Shown here in pieces: positions 1-10,783 of a stretch of DNA of 64,000 bases. The position numbers were made by a program, and so were the translations under genes. Under the pieces are notes generated by a model. It ran no database searches, was not told where the DNA came from, and saw only the letters and a list, made by a program, of their open reading frames with translations. Where the stretch lies: assembly GCF_018350175.1 (NCBI RefSeq), contig NC_058369.1, positions 9,240,001 through 9,304,000 on the forward strand, in the 5' to 3' direction. The DNA is from Felis catus. Its lineage: Eukaryota. Position 1 is the first letter of the stretch, and each line of letters opens with the position of its first letter.

Positions 1-54
1 CGAACTCATGAACTGTGACATCATGACCTGAGCCAAGATCAAGAGTTGGATGCT

Positions 55-254
55 GGGGCGCCTGGGTGGCTCAGTCAGTTAAGCGTCCGACTTCGGCTCA
101 GGTCATGATCTCACGGTTCATGAGTTTGGGCCCTGCATCAGGCTCTGTGCTCGGAGCCTGGAGCCGGCTTCCGATTTTGTGTCTCCCTCTCTCTCTCTGC
201 CCCTCCCCTGCTCATGCTCTGCCTGCCCCCCCCCCTCAAAAATAAATAAAAACA
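55..254 (+). mobile_element. SINEC
   Basis: ggggcgcctgggtggctcagtc head (A box), CT-rich segment, A-rich tail. Confidence 0.9.
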
Positions 255-486
255 GGGGCGCCTGGGTGGCTCAGTCGGTTGAATGTCTGACTTCAGCTCA
301 GGTCACGATGTCGCGGTCCGTGGGTTCGAGCCCCGCGTCGGGCTCTGGGCTGACGGCTCAGAGCCTGGAGCCTGCTTCCGATTCTGTGTCTCCCTCTCTC
401 TCTGCCCCTCCCCCGTTCATGCTCTGTCTCTCTCTGTCTCAAAAATAAATAAATGTTAAAAAAAATTAAAAAAAATAATAAAAACA
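255..486 (+). mobile_element. SINEC_Fc-like felid SINE, young copy
   Basis: Full-length head, gggttcgagccc B box, (CT)n, A tail; TSD aataaaaaca at 245-254 and 477-486. Confidence 0.92.
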
Positions 487-575
487 TATATTTTTTTAAA
501 AAAAGAACCAGATGCTTAACCGACTGAGCCACCCAGGTGCCCTATTATTGGTGCTTGTTAAAAAAAAAAAATACA

Positions 576-677
576 GGGGCCCCTGGTTGGCTCAGTCAGA
601 AGAGCATGTGACTTTTGATGTTGGGGTCGTGGGTTCAAGCCCCGCGTGGGGTGTACAGATAACTTAAAAAAAATACA
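576..677 (+). mobile_element. short SINEC
   Basis: ggggcccctggttggctcagtc..gggttcaagcccc; TSD aaaaaaaataca on both sides. Confidence 0.85.
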
Positions 678-699
678 AACATGCTTTTTAAACTGCTGC

Positions 700-930
700 G
701 TGAGACTTGAGCGGGCCAGAGTTGATGTAATCCCTCATCGGTGGAAGCCTTTACGGGGTACATCCTGCTGGGGTGGACATCCTGGTGCGGCAAACTTTGC
801 AGCTCTGTGTATGAACTTCAGACAAGACTTCCTAGCAGTTGAATTACCAGGCAAGGGGTACAGACTCTTCTCCATGTGGATTGTTACATTGCTGTCTGGC
901 AGTTTGGTTCCCACAGACGACACATGAGGA
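700..930 (-). mobile_element. old L1 (L1M-type) 3' fragment
   Basis: Degenerate similarity to remembered antisense L1M 3' UTR motifs (cctagcagttgaattaccagg, cagtttggttcccac). Confidence 0.45.
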
Positions 931-1020
931 CTTTGTTCATGCCACCCAGAGCCCCAGAAAGACACCACCATCATTTACACACATTACACGCCCATCCTGT
1001 ATATGTTACATGAGGGTGTC

Positions 1021-1120
1021 TTTTTTTTTTTAATTGATACAATCCACCCCATAGTGTGGGGCTCGAACTCACAACCCCAAGATCAAGAGTCGTGTCCTCT
1101 ACAGTGTCCGGGTGCCCCCA
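1021..1120 (-). mobile_element. short SINEC
   Basis: Poly-T then ggggctcgaactcacaaccccaagatcaagagtc..gtgccccc. Confidence 0.8.
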
Positions 1121-1619
1121 GGATGCGCTTTGTATGAGCCCACCCTCCCGTCCCTGTCATAGACGTCTGTCTGTTGCGTCAGCTCACGTGTCCCCAGGAG
1201 ACATGGCGCTGTCATCCGCTGTAAGAGCTAATCTTGGACATCACCCCTGGACACCTCTGGGCTAGCACTGCTGGCAGGGGAGAGGTCCTCAGGGCCCTGG
1301 CATGACAGTGTCCGTTCCCTCGGGCCGGGAGCTGGCAGGGGAGCCCCGGGACCGCCTGGCAGTGAGCAGGTGCTGGACACAGCATCTGAAAGGCAGCAGC
1401 CCCCCCAGTGCCACGGGCGGAGGCGCGGGCCCACGGTGGCCACTGGCAAGCGCCTCGAGAGCTCCCGAGGAAGCAGCCGCTGCTGACCCCCGAGGCCAGC
1501 CCGGCCGTCTGCCGCCAGCACCCTGGGCCTGCCTGGGGAGGTGCATTCCTCCTGTGCCTGGAGGGGAGGCTAAGGGAGGGCGAATCCCTCACTCTGGGCC
1601 GTGGACGCTGTCTTCACTA

Positions 1620-1626
1620 ACACACA

Positions 1627-1673
<47 letters not shown>
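1620..1673. repeat. (CA)n microsatellite
   Basis: Directly visible, one CATA interruption. Confidence 0.97.
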
Positions 1674-1676
<3 letters not shown>

Positions 1677-2522
1677 CGTGCATCCTATGCCCCAGAGATG
1701 GCATCCCCCAGGGCCACACAGCCCCCGTGCCCTACCCCGGAGCCAGGACCGTCTCCTCCCCCAGGTGTCTGGGCACGCGTGCGTGAGCTGCTCTCCTCAG
1801 GCTCTGTCCCCACCGGCACCTGCCCCGTGCCCCTGCCTCTGCGTGTGCACGCGCGGGTGTCCGTTCGCCTTGAACCCGGGCCTTGTGTCACTCTCTCCCT
1901 CTCTGGCCCGTTGAGGCTGCAGGGTCTCAGACCCCCGGCGACTCTCGTCCCCCACCCTTCTGCTCGGTGCGCCGTCTCGCCCGGAACTGGACCGTCCCCA
2001 GGCACGGCAAGGTCGGAGCCTCCTCGTGACCCCTGCGGCCCAGCGGGAGGTCTGTGAGGTGCAGCGGCGGAGGGAGCCGCGGACAGGGGGGCCTTTCTTC
2101 CCTCCTCGCCGCAGCAGCTGTGGTGTGGCATCCCTGCCTCCAGGGCCCGTGGCCACGCCACCGTGGGTGGCACGCGTGTTTATGAAACTTAGTCCGTTCT
2201 TTTCCTCCGCGAGGGTTCGGCAAGTGTTACCCTGTGAGTGCCTGTGCGGTGCTTGTGTGTCTGAGTGTCAGAAGGTGGGCGTCTGTGCGTGAGTGTGGGT
2301 TGGAGGGTGTGCGTAAACGTCAGCGCGAATCACACCCTGGGGACGTAAGAGGCAACTTGGAGGGTCACCCGGCTCGCCCTGTGCTTGCTCCCATGAGGAC
2401 GCAGAAGCCCAAGGAGAGTGCGGTTACCTGCCCCTCCCACCCCCGCCACCCAGTGAGTGGCACCCAGGTTCACCCAGGGGCACGGCCGGAGGACTCCAGG
2501 CCCTGAGCCCCTTTGGCCCGGA

Positions 2523-2675
2523 GCGAGCGTCCACGGAGGGAGCGTGTGCACTTGCCACAAAGTGTCAGGCCCTGCGAGCGTCCACGGAGGGAGCGTGTGC
2601 ACTTGCCACAAAGTGTCAGGCCCTGCGAGCGTCCACGGAGGGAGCGTGTGCACTTGCCACAAAGTGTCAGGCCCT
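2523..2675. repeat. 51-bp minisatellite, 3 perfect copies
   Basis: Unit gcgagcgtccacggagggagcgtgtgcacttgccacaaagtgtcaggccct starting at 2523, 2574 and 2625. Confidence 0.97.
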
Positions 2676-3284
2676 GCCCTGCCTGCTCGGCGCCTGAGCA
2701 GCTCCTTCTGGGGCTCTTTGTGAACCTGCCTCGCTATTAATCTACCTGTTAGTAAAAGAGATTACAATTGCCATAATTACAGGGCGCTATGGCTCCACCG
2801 TCAGGAGCAGGGCTGAGTGAGAGGCGAGGGGTGGGGGGAGTCCAGCCCCACAGGAAGCTGCTATTAAAAGCCCCATGTTTTGATATGGCACAGGGACAAC
2901 AGCCCTTCCCGGGGCTGGGGGGAGGGGGGCTGGGCGGGGGAGGGGGGCTCGGGGGGAGGGGGTGGGCTGGGTTCCCACTGTGGGCTCTGGTGTGACACAG
3001 GAGGTCAACGGGGCTAAGGACGGGGAGGGCGGGACGAGGGCCCCCGGCCACTCTGACGTCACGGGCCCCATGCTGAAGGAATAAGCCTTTGCAGGCCGAG
3101 AATGGAGGAGACATGGTGGCACTTGTCAGGATGGGACAGTGGCTCTTTCTGAAGGGGCTCCGCAGCCACCAGCCCCCCACTGGTTTGTGTGGACACGCAG
3201 GAGCACCTGGTCTGTGCCAGCCCAGAGTTGTGTGTGACCTGCTCCTAGAAAAGGACCCGGGTGATCATATGACATAGAGGTCCT

Positions 3285-3288
<4 letters not shown>

Positions 3289-3333
<45 letters not shown>
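3289..3333. repeat. (GT)n microsatellite
   Basis: Directly visible. Confidence 0.97.
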
Positions 3334-3335
<2 letters not shown>

Positions 3336-3359
3336 AAAAAGAGAGAGAAAGAGAGGGAG

Positions 3360-3535
3360 AGATTCTATCCCCAGGGGACTTCGGGCAATGTCTGGGGACA
3401 TTTTTGGTTGTCACTACTGGTGACAGTGGGCTGAGGCCAGGGATGCTACCAACTGTCCTACAGTGGACAGTATAGCCCCCCACAGCAGAGAATGATCCTT
3501 CCCCAATGTCACAGGTGTCACGGTGGGGAACCCTC
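3360..3535 (+). mobile_element. MER20-like hAT-Charlie DNA transposon relic
   Basis: ccccaggggac..ggcaatgtctggggacatttttggttgtcactactgg..gaggccagggatgct matches remembered MER20 consensus. Confidence 0.8.
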
Positions 3536-5169
3536 AACACAGCAGAGGAAAGGAATGGCAGCGGGCAAGTCAGACTAGAGGAAGGCCCTGAGGACTTCCT
3601 GGGGACCTGAGCAAGTCTGTCCCTGGTGGCAGCCCAGGCCAGCAACCCAGTGTCCTGACCCCGTGTCGGGGGACCACAGGCTATGGGCGTTCCTAGCCAT
3701 CTCCCTCCCTTTTCTGGCAGCAAGAGCTAGACCCAGATTGGGGTTCTCGCCCTTTCTCGCTGCCCCCCGCCCACGTCCTCATTGCCCACTGAGGCATCTG
3801 GAAGGGAGGGGCTCAGATATTCTCCCTCAGTTGGAGCCTCCCAGGCCCCTCCGGGTGGGAAGGGCTTGCGCCCTCCTGCTGCCATCCTGCGAGGACACCA
3901 GCCACACCCTGGCTTCTCCGGAATGCACATCTGGCCCGGCTTCTGCTCTGAGGCATGGAGCAGAGCAGGGCAGCGGCCTCACCAGTGAACCCAAGTTTGC
4001 CCTTCTCTGGATGGGCACGGGAAGCCTTCCTCCACTATTCGCCGTTGTCCACAAAAGAGACACTGCTGCCCCCCTTCCACTTCTGTTTCCACTTTTTGCT
4101 CCCAACTTTGCCCCCCCCGCCGACCCTCCCCGCCGCCGCAAGGTGCTCCTTGGGAGAGAGGACAGGGTGGTCGAGTAGGAGGCACACTAGGAAGTGGCCC
4201 ATGGTGCTGGGCAAGGTGGATGTGGGCACTCCTCGGTCCTCCCTCTTAGGGTGCGTGCACTCCTTGCGAGCGGCCTGTGTGTGGAGTGGCTTCTGGTGCC
4301 CTCTCCGCCCTCAGGCAGCCGAGTCTCTGTTATTCCGCAGACAAAGCGCTGAGCTTTTCAGCTGTTGTGAATTCTGTGTTTCACACCGAGTCCTTAATAG
4401 TGGAGTCACTTTGCCTGCCCCCCCCCCCCTTTTTCTGCCTTGACAGGTCCAACCTTATAATTTTACCTTCTCCCGTCTCGTGGTTGCTCCTTTCCTTCCC
4501 TCTCCCCTTCCTGGGGTTTTTGCGGCTCTCGTCTCTGGGAACCCCCTTTAGGAGGAATCGCTCCTGACAAGAGGGGTGGGGCTTCCTGTCAAACATTGGG
4601 AGTTGATGTTTTGTTTGGTAAAGTGTCTGTAAATAGGCTGCGAGGCATTAATTCTACACGGATCCCTGTGCACTAGAGCGTCTTTTTGTGTCTGTGCACG
4701 TCTCCGTGCGTGTGAATGTCAGGAGCAGAGAGAAAGAGAGGAGAAGGAGGAGAGAGGAGAGGGATCGCGGCTGAGGGTCCCGGTTCCTTTCCTTCTTGGA
4801 CAGTGTCTTGGCCTAAATCACAGGCCCCGATCAGGAGAGGGCCCAAGGCCCAAACCCTTCGAGGGCCAAGGAGAATGTCAGGAAAGAAGCCGTTGTGTGC
4901 TATGGTGTTTCTGGGCTGGCTGTTCAGAAGGTTGGAATGGGACGGTGGGCCTGTGACTCTGGGTATCTAGGATTCTGAGGCCCTGAGAGATGGGTCATGG
5001 AGGGAACTATTCCTCCCGCCCAGCATCAGCTGGTCACCTCAGATTCGCGGGAGCAGTGTTGGTCTTCTACCCATGGACGGGGGCCCGTTTTTCCCTGGAC
5101 ACGAGGCTGTCTCCTAGGCGATACAAAGCCACTCCCTGTGCTTTTAATGTTTCTGAAATTAATTGATTG

Positions 5170-5271
5170 TTTTCTTTTAAAAAGTAACCTCTACCCCTAG
5201 CGTGAGGCTCGAACTCATGACCCCAAGACCAAGAGTCGCATGTTCTACCGACTGAGTCAGTCAGGCACCCC
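5170..5271 (-). mobile_element. short SINEC
   Basis: ggctcgaactcatgaccccaagaccaagagtc..caggcacccc. Confidence 0.8.
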
Positions 5272-5303
5272 TTGTTTTGTTTTGTTTTAAAGTAAGACTT
5301 CTT

Positions 5304-5521
5304 GGGGCGCCTGGCTGGCTCAGTCGGTTAAGCGTCTGACTTCGGCTCAGGTCATGATCTCACGGTCCGTGAGTTCGAGCCCCGCGTCCGGCTCTGTGCT
5401 GACGGCTCAGAGCCTGGAGCCTGCTTCAGATTCTGTGTCTCCCTCTCTCTCTGCCCCTCCCCTGTTCACGCTCCGTCTCTCTCTGTCTCAAAAATAAATA
5501 AACGTTAAAAAAAAATAATAA
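5304..5521 (+). mobile_element. SINEC_Fc-like felid SINE
   Basis: Full length; 16-bp TSD taaagtaagacttctt at 5288-5303 and 5522-5537. Confidence 0.93.
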
Positions 5522-5537
5522 TAAAGTAAGACTTCTT

Positions 5538-5642
5538 AGGGCGCCTGGCTGGCTCAGTCGGTAATGCCCGCAACTCGTGATCTCAGGGCTGAGTTCAAGT
5601 CCCACGTTGGGCTCGGAGCCTACTCGAAAATAAAAAAATAAA
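5538..5642 (+). mobile_element. short SINEC
   Basis: agggcgcctggctggctcagtcgg..gagttcaagtccc, A tail, degenerate TSD tagagtaaggcttct. Confidence 0.85.
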
Positions 5643-6224
5643 TAGAGTAAGGCTTCTCGTTGCCTCAGATTGGCCCCCTGTTTAAGCGTCAGGTGGCTTA
5701 CCTATCCCAGGATTTGGGCTCATAGTAAACTCACTAAAAACCCCGGTGCCCTTGACTTTACTAGCTCAGCCACATCCGTCTTCCCCGCCATCAGCCTTCC
5801 AGACCGCGGAATACCCTCCCTTTCAGCTGCTCCTCAGCTGACACCCTCCCTGAATCCATTTTGCGCTGCTCTTCCCCGGCCCTGTTAGAAAATGTCGGCT
5901 CCAACCACACCGTCTTGCCAACAAAGGTGCAGAACGATTTTGGCTGCTTCGTCCAGGAAATAAATTCCTCTCCGGTGCCAGAAACCATTGAGTGGTGCCC
6001 CGTGTCGAGCTCCGGGGCCCAGCACCACGGGCAGGGCGTTGCTCCGGGCGAGGAGGGTGGAAGCTCGGCCTCTGGAGGCTCTGGGGACGAGAGCCTTGCT
6101 GGCCACCCATTCCACGTGCCTTGGTCAAGGATCCGAGAACTTGCCGCTTGGCCTGTTCTCCCAGGCCTGGCTTTCCATCTGCGATTGCCTGTGATCCCGT
6201 TAGTCCCTTGACCCCAGGTAGACA

Positions 6225-6225
<1 letters not shown>

Positions 6226-6263
<38 letters not shown>
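6226..6263. repeat. (CA)n microsatellite
   Basis: Directly visible. Confidence 0.95.
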
Positions 6264-6265
<2 letters not shown>

Positions 6266-6894
6266 GCCCTGCGGCATCCAGGCTCCTTTCTTTCCAGGTA
6301 ACTCGCCCAGGTCCTCTTGCTCCGTCTGCCTTCTAAAGGTTGATTTCCCCCGGGTCCTCCCACTCTCCTCTCCTCTTCCTGTAATTGATGATGCTGTCAG
6401 TGTCACTGAGCCCCATCTCACCTAAGCCCACGGACAGTCCCCTCCCACTGTTGTAAGGATTACCCCGAGTTATGCCTGGAAACCCTGTGGACAGAAGAAC
6501 CTTGCTGGAGGCTGTGCATTAGGGAGCAGCAGCCTGGGGCCTGTCCCCTCCATGCACATCTGCCCCCAACCTCTGATCTCCCTGGCTCATCTCAGGACCG
6601 ATTTCTCCAAACCCTTCTTTCGAGCTCCCCCCGGCCAACAGCCAGTTGAAACAGTAGCCATAGTGCCCTCACAACACTCCCTGCTCCCCGCTTTTGTATC
6701 CATTCCATGCCTGTCTCCTTTGGGTTGTCACCAACTACCCAAGCTTGTGAGCCCTTGCAACCAAATTAATGTGGCCCTATGGTGGCCCTGAAGCATCCCT
6801 GCCTCTTCACCATCACCATCGTTTTCCAAATTCAGCTTCCCTCTTCCAGATTTGTTTTTTATTGGGAAATAATCCGCATAACACAAGCCACTAT

Positions 6895-6960
6895 TTTATT
6901 ATTTTTTTTAAGTTTTATTTATTTACTTTGAGAGACACAGAGAAAATGTGAGTCGGGAAG

Positions 6961-7015
<55 letters not shown>

Positions 7016-7142
7016 CCCAAGTAGGCTCTGCACTGCCAGCACAGAGCCCGACGCAGGGCTTCAAATCACGGAACCGTGAGATCATGACCTGAGTCGAAAC
7101 CAAGAGTCGGACGCTTAACCGACTGAGCCACCCAGGCGCCCC
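6895..7142 (-). mobile_element. SINEC with expanded (GA)n tract
   Basis: T-rich tail, (GA)n at ~6964-7013, ..aaccgactgagccacccaggcgcccc. Confidence 0.9.
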
Positions 7143-7184
7143 ACATGCCACTATTTTTTTTTTTAAGAGGAGTCCATTGGGTTT

Positions 7185-7411
7185 ATTTTTTTTCCAGCGT
7201 TTACTTATTTTTGAGAGAGAGAGATTGAGAGAGAGACAGAGCACGAGCAGGGGAGGGCAGGCAGAGAGAGAGGGAGACACAGAATTCGAAGCAGGCTCTG
7301 GGCTCTGAGCTGTCGGCACAGAGCCCGACGCGGGGCTCGAACCCACAGACCACGAGGCCATGACCTGAGCTGAAGTCAGACGCTCAGCCGACGGAGCCAC
7401 CCAGGCGCCCC
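7185..7411 (-). mobile_element. SINEC_Fc-like felid SINE
   Basis: Reverse complement of a full-length SINEC. Confidence 0.9.
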
Positions 7412-7442
7412 CACATGCTACTCTTTCACGTATGTGATTTAG

Positions 7443-7500
7443 GGAGGCCTGGCTGGCTCAGTTGGAAGGCCATGCGACTCTTGCTCTCGGGGTTGTGTGA
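7443..7500 (+). mobile_element. SINEC 5' fragment
   Basis: ggaggcctggctggctcagttgg..gcgactcttg. Confidence 0.6.
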
Positions 7501-7504
7501 GCGT

Positions 7505-7885
7505 GTATGATTCAGTGGCATTTAGTGCATTCACAGTATGGTGCAGGCACAACCACTGTCTCTATGCGTGTGCCCGTTCACATCCATGGAATCATACGCC
7601 TTGTGGCCTTTCCTGCCTGGCTTCTTTCCCCGAACACCCTGTTGTCATTCATCCACGCGGCGGCGTGGATCAGGACTGCCTTCCTTTTTCTGGCCGAGTA
7701 ATATTCCGCTGCGGGTGTACCACATCTTTTAAATCCATTCTCCCACTGATGATCATTTGGGATGTTTCCACTTGGGGGCGATTGTGGACAGGGCCGCTGT
7801 GAACATGTGTGTTACAAGTAATTTACGTGGACGTATATATTTTTTTAAATTCTCTCGAGTACATACCGAGGAGGGGAATTGCTCT
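7505..7885 (-). mobile_element. old L1 (L1M-type) 3' end fragment
   Basis: attcagtggcatttagt..atggaatcatac..ggccgagtaatattcc..tgtttccactt..gctgtgaacat, typical antisense L1M 3' UTR. Confidence 0.7.
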
Positions 7886-9857
7886 CTCCTCTAGAGTTTT
7901 GTGACCACCTTCGACTGGGCAGGTGGCCATACCATTCTGGTCGCACCAGCTGCCGTCTTCTTAGGTGGGAACCCAGGATCTCTCACAGTCTAGCCTCTGC
8001 TGGTGGTTCCAGCATCATCTCCCCTCACTGTCCCTGGCACCGTGTTCCTGCAAACAGAGCTCCCTGCAGGCTTCAAGGATGCTGTGCTGGTCCTCCCCTC
8101 TCGGCTTCTGCTCACAGTTCTCTCCGTCTACCTTCCTCTTTACCCCTTTGTCCAAACACCTCTCTCTTTTACACCCCGGCCCAGCTGTCACCTACCCTTG
8201 GTGCAGACTTCTCCCACCTCACTCCTCGCCCCCAGAGCCTAGCCCTCCTTTGGGAGGCCCTGCAGTTTAGCCATTATGCCCCCGGCTTCGAACTGGGGGG
8301 GGGGGGATTTTCCCAGGGCAGCTTCTCTGGGCCTGTATTCAGGGGCATCTGGCAGGTAATAGGTGCTTAACAAACCTGTTGGATTAACGTTAAGGCGTCG
8401 TATGTGCCTTCCTTGCAAGGGGCAGGTCTCTGGGTGAACCACCTGGGTGCCCCTGCAGACGCACAAATGAATATACTCATGCAGTATGCCTCCCATCACC
8501 TTCTGGGCCCCAGGGTGTTAGCGTCCTCCCATTCGCTTCTCCGTGGCCCCATGGGAGCAATGAAAGGAGGCGTATGGGACAGGATTCCAGGAGCCCCAGA
8601 GGTGATTCTGAGGGAACCCAGCCCCCTTTAACCCAAATAGGTGAACAGCAGGTCACCTGTGACCCGTTTTCTCGCTGTTCTTCGCTCCTCCTCTAAGCAC
8701 AGAAGGGTTGTTCTTTCCTCCCATCCAGACCCAGCCGGTCTGGAGGTGGCCCCAGAGTGGCCTTCGTGGCCCAGTGTTGTTGGCTATGAGCACGGGCTCG
8801 CCTGAAGGGCCCTGTGCACCCTGGGGACCCTCCCGAGGCCAGGGCAGGGGGCGAGCAGAGGAGCCAGGAGGCAGCTGCCCCAGGCTTGGATGGATGCTGT
8901 GCCTGGATCCCAGATCCCGTCACAGAGGGTAGGGCTGAGGCTGTCCCACAAGGTGTAAAGGACCCTGCTTGCCCCCCCTGCACCAACCCCACTCAGGCTC
9001 TGCCAGGTGGCCCGGGTGGGTGGGTGGCTGAAGGGGGCATGCCGGCCACCCCACTGCAGGCCGAGGGAGAAGCAGGGGTGCACTCACTCAGGGTAGGGGG
9101 GATGGAAAGAGAAGGGGAAATGCAGTCTGCACCTGAGGGGGGTCTGCACCAATCAGCAGGCAGGGGAGGCCACCCTCTTCTCCCTATGGCCTACCCACCC
9201 CCCCACTGCCACCGAATCCTACCCTGCCCTTTCCTAGCTGGGGGTCTAGCTGTAGTCAGCCAGCCACACACAGGCAGGTTCCCCAGACAAGCTGGAGGCC
9301 CAGTGGCCCCGCTCCTGGCAACTCGCCGCCTTCCTAGGCGCTGCCTGGCCCTCCTCCTCCTCCGCCTCCCTCAGCAGCCCTCTCCTCTCCCTGGGCCTCT
9401 TCCCCACGTGGCTCATTACAACTCCAGTTGTTCAGGTCTTGACCTCAAGAGCCTTCCCTATTGACCCCTGACCAGCGATACTAATCTGTGTCAACAGGCC
9501 CCAGGGGTTAAAGAAACACAACCGCTGAGCTGCCTCCTTAGCAGGTGCCTGGAGGGGGCAGGGTGGCTCCTGGGAGTGCGGCTGGCAGAAAGGAGCTTCC
9601 TTAGCACCGCCCCCTCCCCACTTCACCCCGCCCTCCTGCTCCCCCTTTCCTGCTCTCTGGGATTCTCTTTTACTCTGCAGACCCCCTCCAGCCCACGGTC
9701 CCCTCCTCTCTGCCACCACTTCCTCCGGTCTTTCCTTTGCTCTCCACTCTGCCTTGTAGAAATCAGGACCAAATGCCCCCTTGTGTCCAGGTCGTGCTGC
9801 CCTTGTGCTGTTCCCCCATCTGCACTCCTTCTCTCCCTCTCCCTCTCTCTGTCTCTC

Positions 9858-9913
9858 CCTCCTCCTCCTCCTCCTCCTCCTCCTCCTCCTCCTCCTCCTC
9901 CTCCTCCTCCTCT
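9858..9913. repeat. (CCT)n trinucleotide repeat
   Basis: ~18 units directly visible. Confidence 0.95.
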
Positions 9914-9949
9914 CATTTTCAATCCTGGTCAGGATCCTCCCACTTTGCC

Positions 9950-10070
9950 TGTGGTTCTCACACAGGAGTCTACATCAGCATCCCCTGGGGGGCTTGTTAG
10001 ACATCGATCCCTGGGCCTGCCCTGAGGGCATCTGCATTTCCAACTAGTTGCCAGGTGCTGCTGGCCCTCC
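9950..10070 (+). mobile_element. MER5A-like DNA transposon relic
   Basis: gtggttctca..catcagcatcccctggggggcttgttag..tctgcatttccaac..ccaggtg. Confidence 0.6.
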
Positions 10071-10307
10071 GGGCTGTCCCCTCCCCACCCCAGCCTCTGC
10101 CAGCTGCCCACTCCCCCCACCCCCGTCTGCACCTTTGTCCCCAGGGGTGAGGCCACACTTGGGAGGCTGAGGAGGCAAACTGCTGGCCACCTTGGTGGGA
10201 AGCTCAGACGGGAGTCATCCCTGTGGGGCACGGACCCTCCCCTCCAGCAATCACTGTATTCCCAGAGCACAGGAGTGGGTCACCTGAAGGGTGATAACGC
10301 AGGGGTT

Positions 10308-10440
10308 GAGGCGTCCGGCTGGCTCGGTCAGTACAGCATGAGACTCTTGATCTGGGGGTCATGACTTTGAGCCCCACGTTAGGGGTAGAGTTTACAAGAA
10401 AAGAAAAAAGGAAAGGAAAGGAAAGGAAAGAAAGAAAAAG
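10308..10440 (+). mobile_element. short SINEC with (GAAAG)n tail
   Basis: ggcgtccggctggctcggtcagtacagcatgagactcttgatc. Confidence 0.75.
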
Positions 10441-10619
10441 ATAACACAGGGTCTTCCGGGTGGGACCCATCCTGTATTGTTGGGAGTCATGCAAGGGAGA
10501 ACCCCCTGGCCCTGACTCTGCTCGGGGCCATGTCAGCATGAGGGGCCACCCTCCTGACTTAGACAAGACAATCTGGGTCCTCTCAAGAGTTGTGTGTCAC
10601 ATGTGTCCCCTTTCTTTCT

Positions 10620-10783
10620 TCAGCTTATTTATTTTGAGAGAGAGAGGGAGAGGGAGAATCCCAAGCAGGCCTGCACGGTCAGCACGGAGCCTGATGCGGG
10701 GCTCCAACCCACGAACTGTGAGATCATGACCCGAGCTGAAATCAAGAGTTGGACGCTTAACCGACTAAGCCACCAGGTGCCCC
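10620..10783 (-). mobile_element. SINEC
   Basis: ..gagatcatgacccgagctgaaatcaagagttggacgcttaaccgactaagccaccaggtgcccc. Confidence 0.85.

Larger units (their letters stand above)
1..542 (-). mobile_element. SINEC (Carnivora tRNA-derived SINE), minus strand, split into 1-54 and ~515-542 by nested SINE insertions
   Basis: 1-54 (..catgacctgagccaagatcaagagttggatgct) joins 515-542 (taaccgactgagccacccaggtgccc) to give the reverse complement of a SINEC head. Confidence 0.8.

Noticed and set aside
255..340. tRNA-like A and B boxes
   Set aside because: These are SINEC heads, not tRNA genes
179..532. Similar ORFs at 179-532, 6915-7400 and 40750-41415 (GAWVAQSV.., ..RQRETEHERGRGR)
   Set aside because: Translations of SINEC copies, not a gene family
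2523..2675. Possible CRISPR-like array
   Set aside because: Head-to-tail identical units with no spacers, in a mammalian genome
9576..10047. Poly-Pro/Ser/Leu/Gly ORFs
   Set aside because: Translations of the (CCT)n microsatellite
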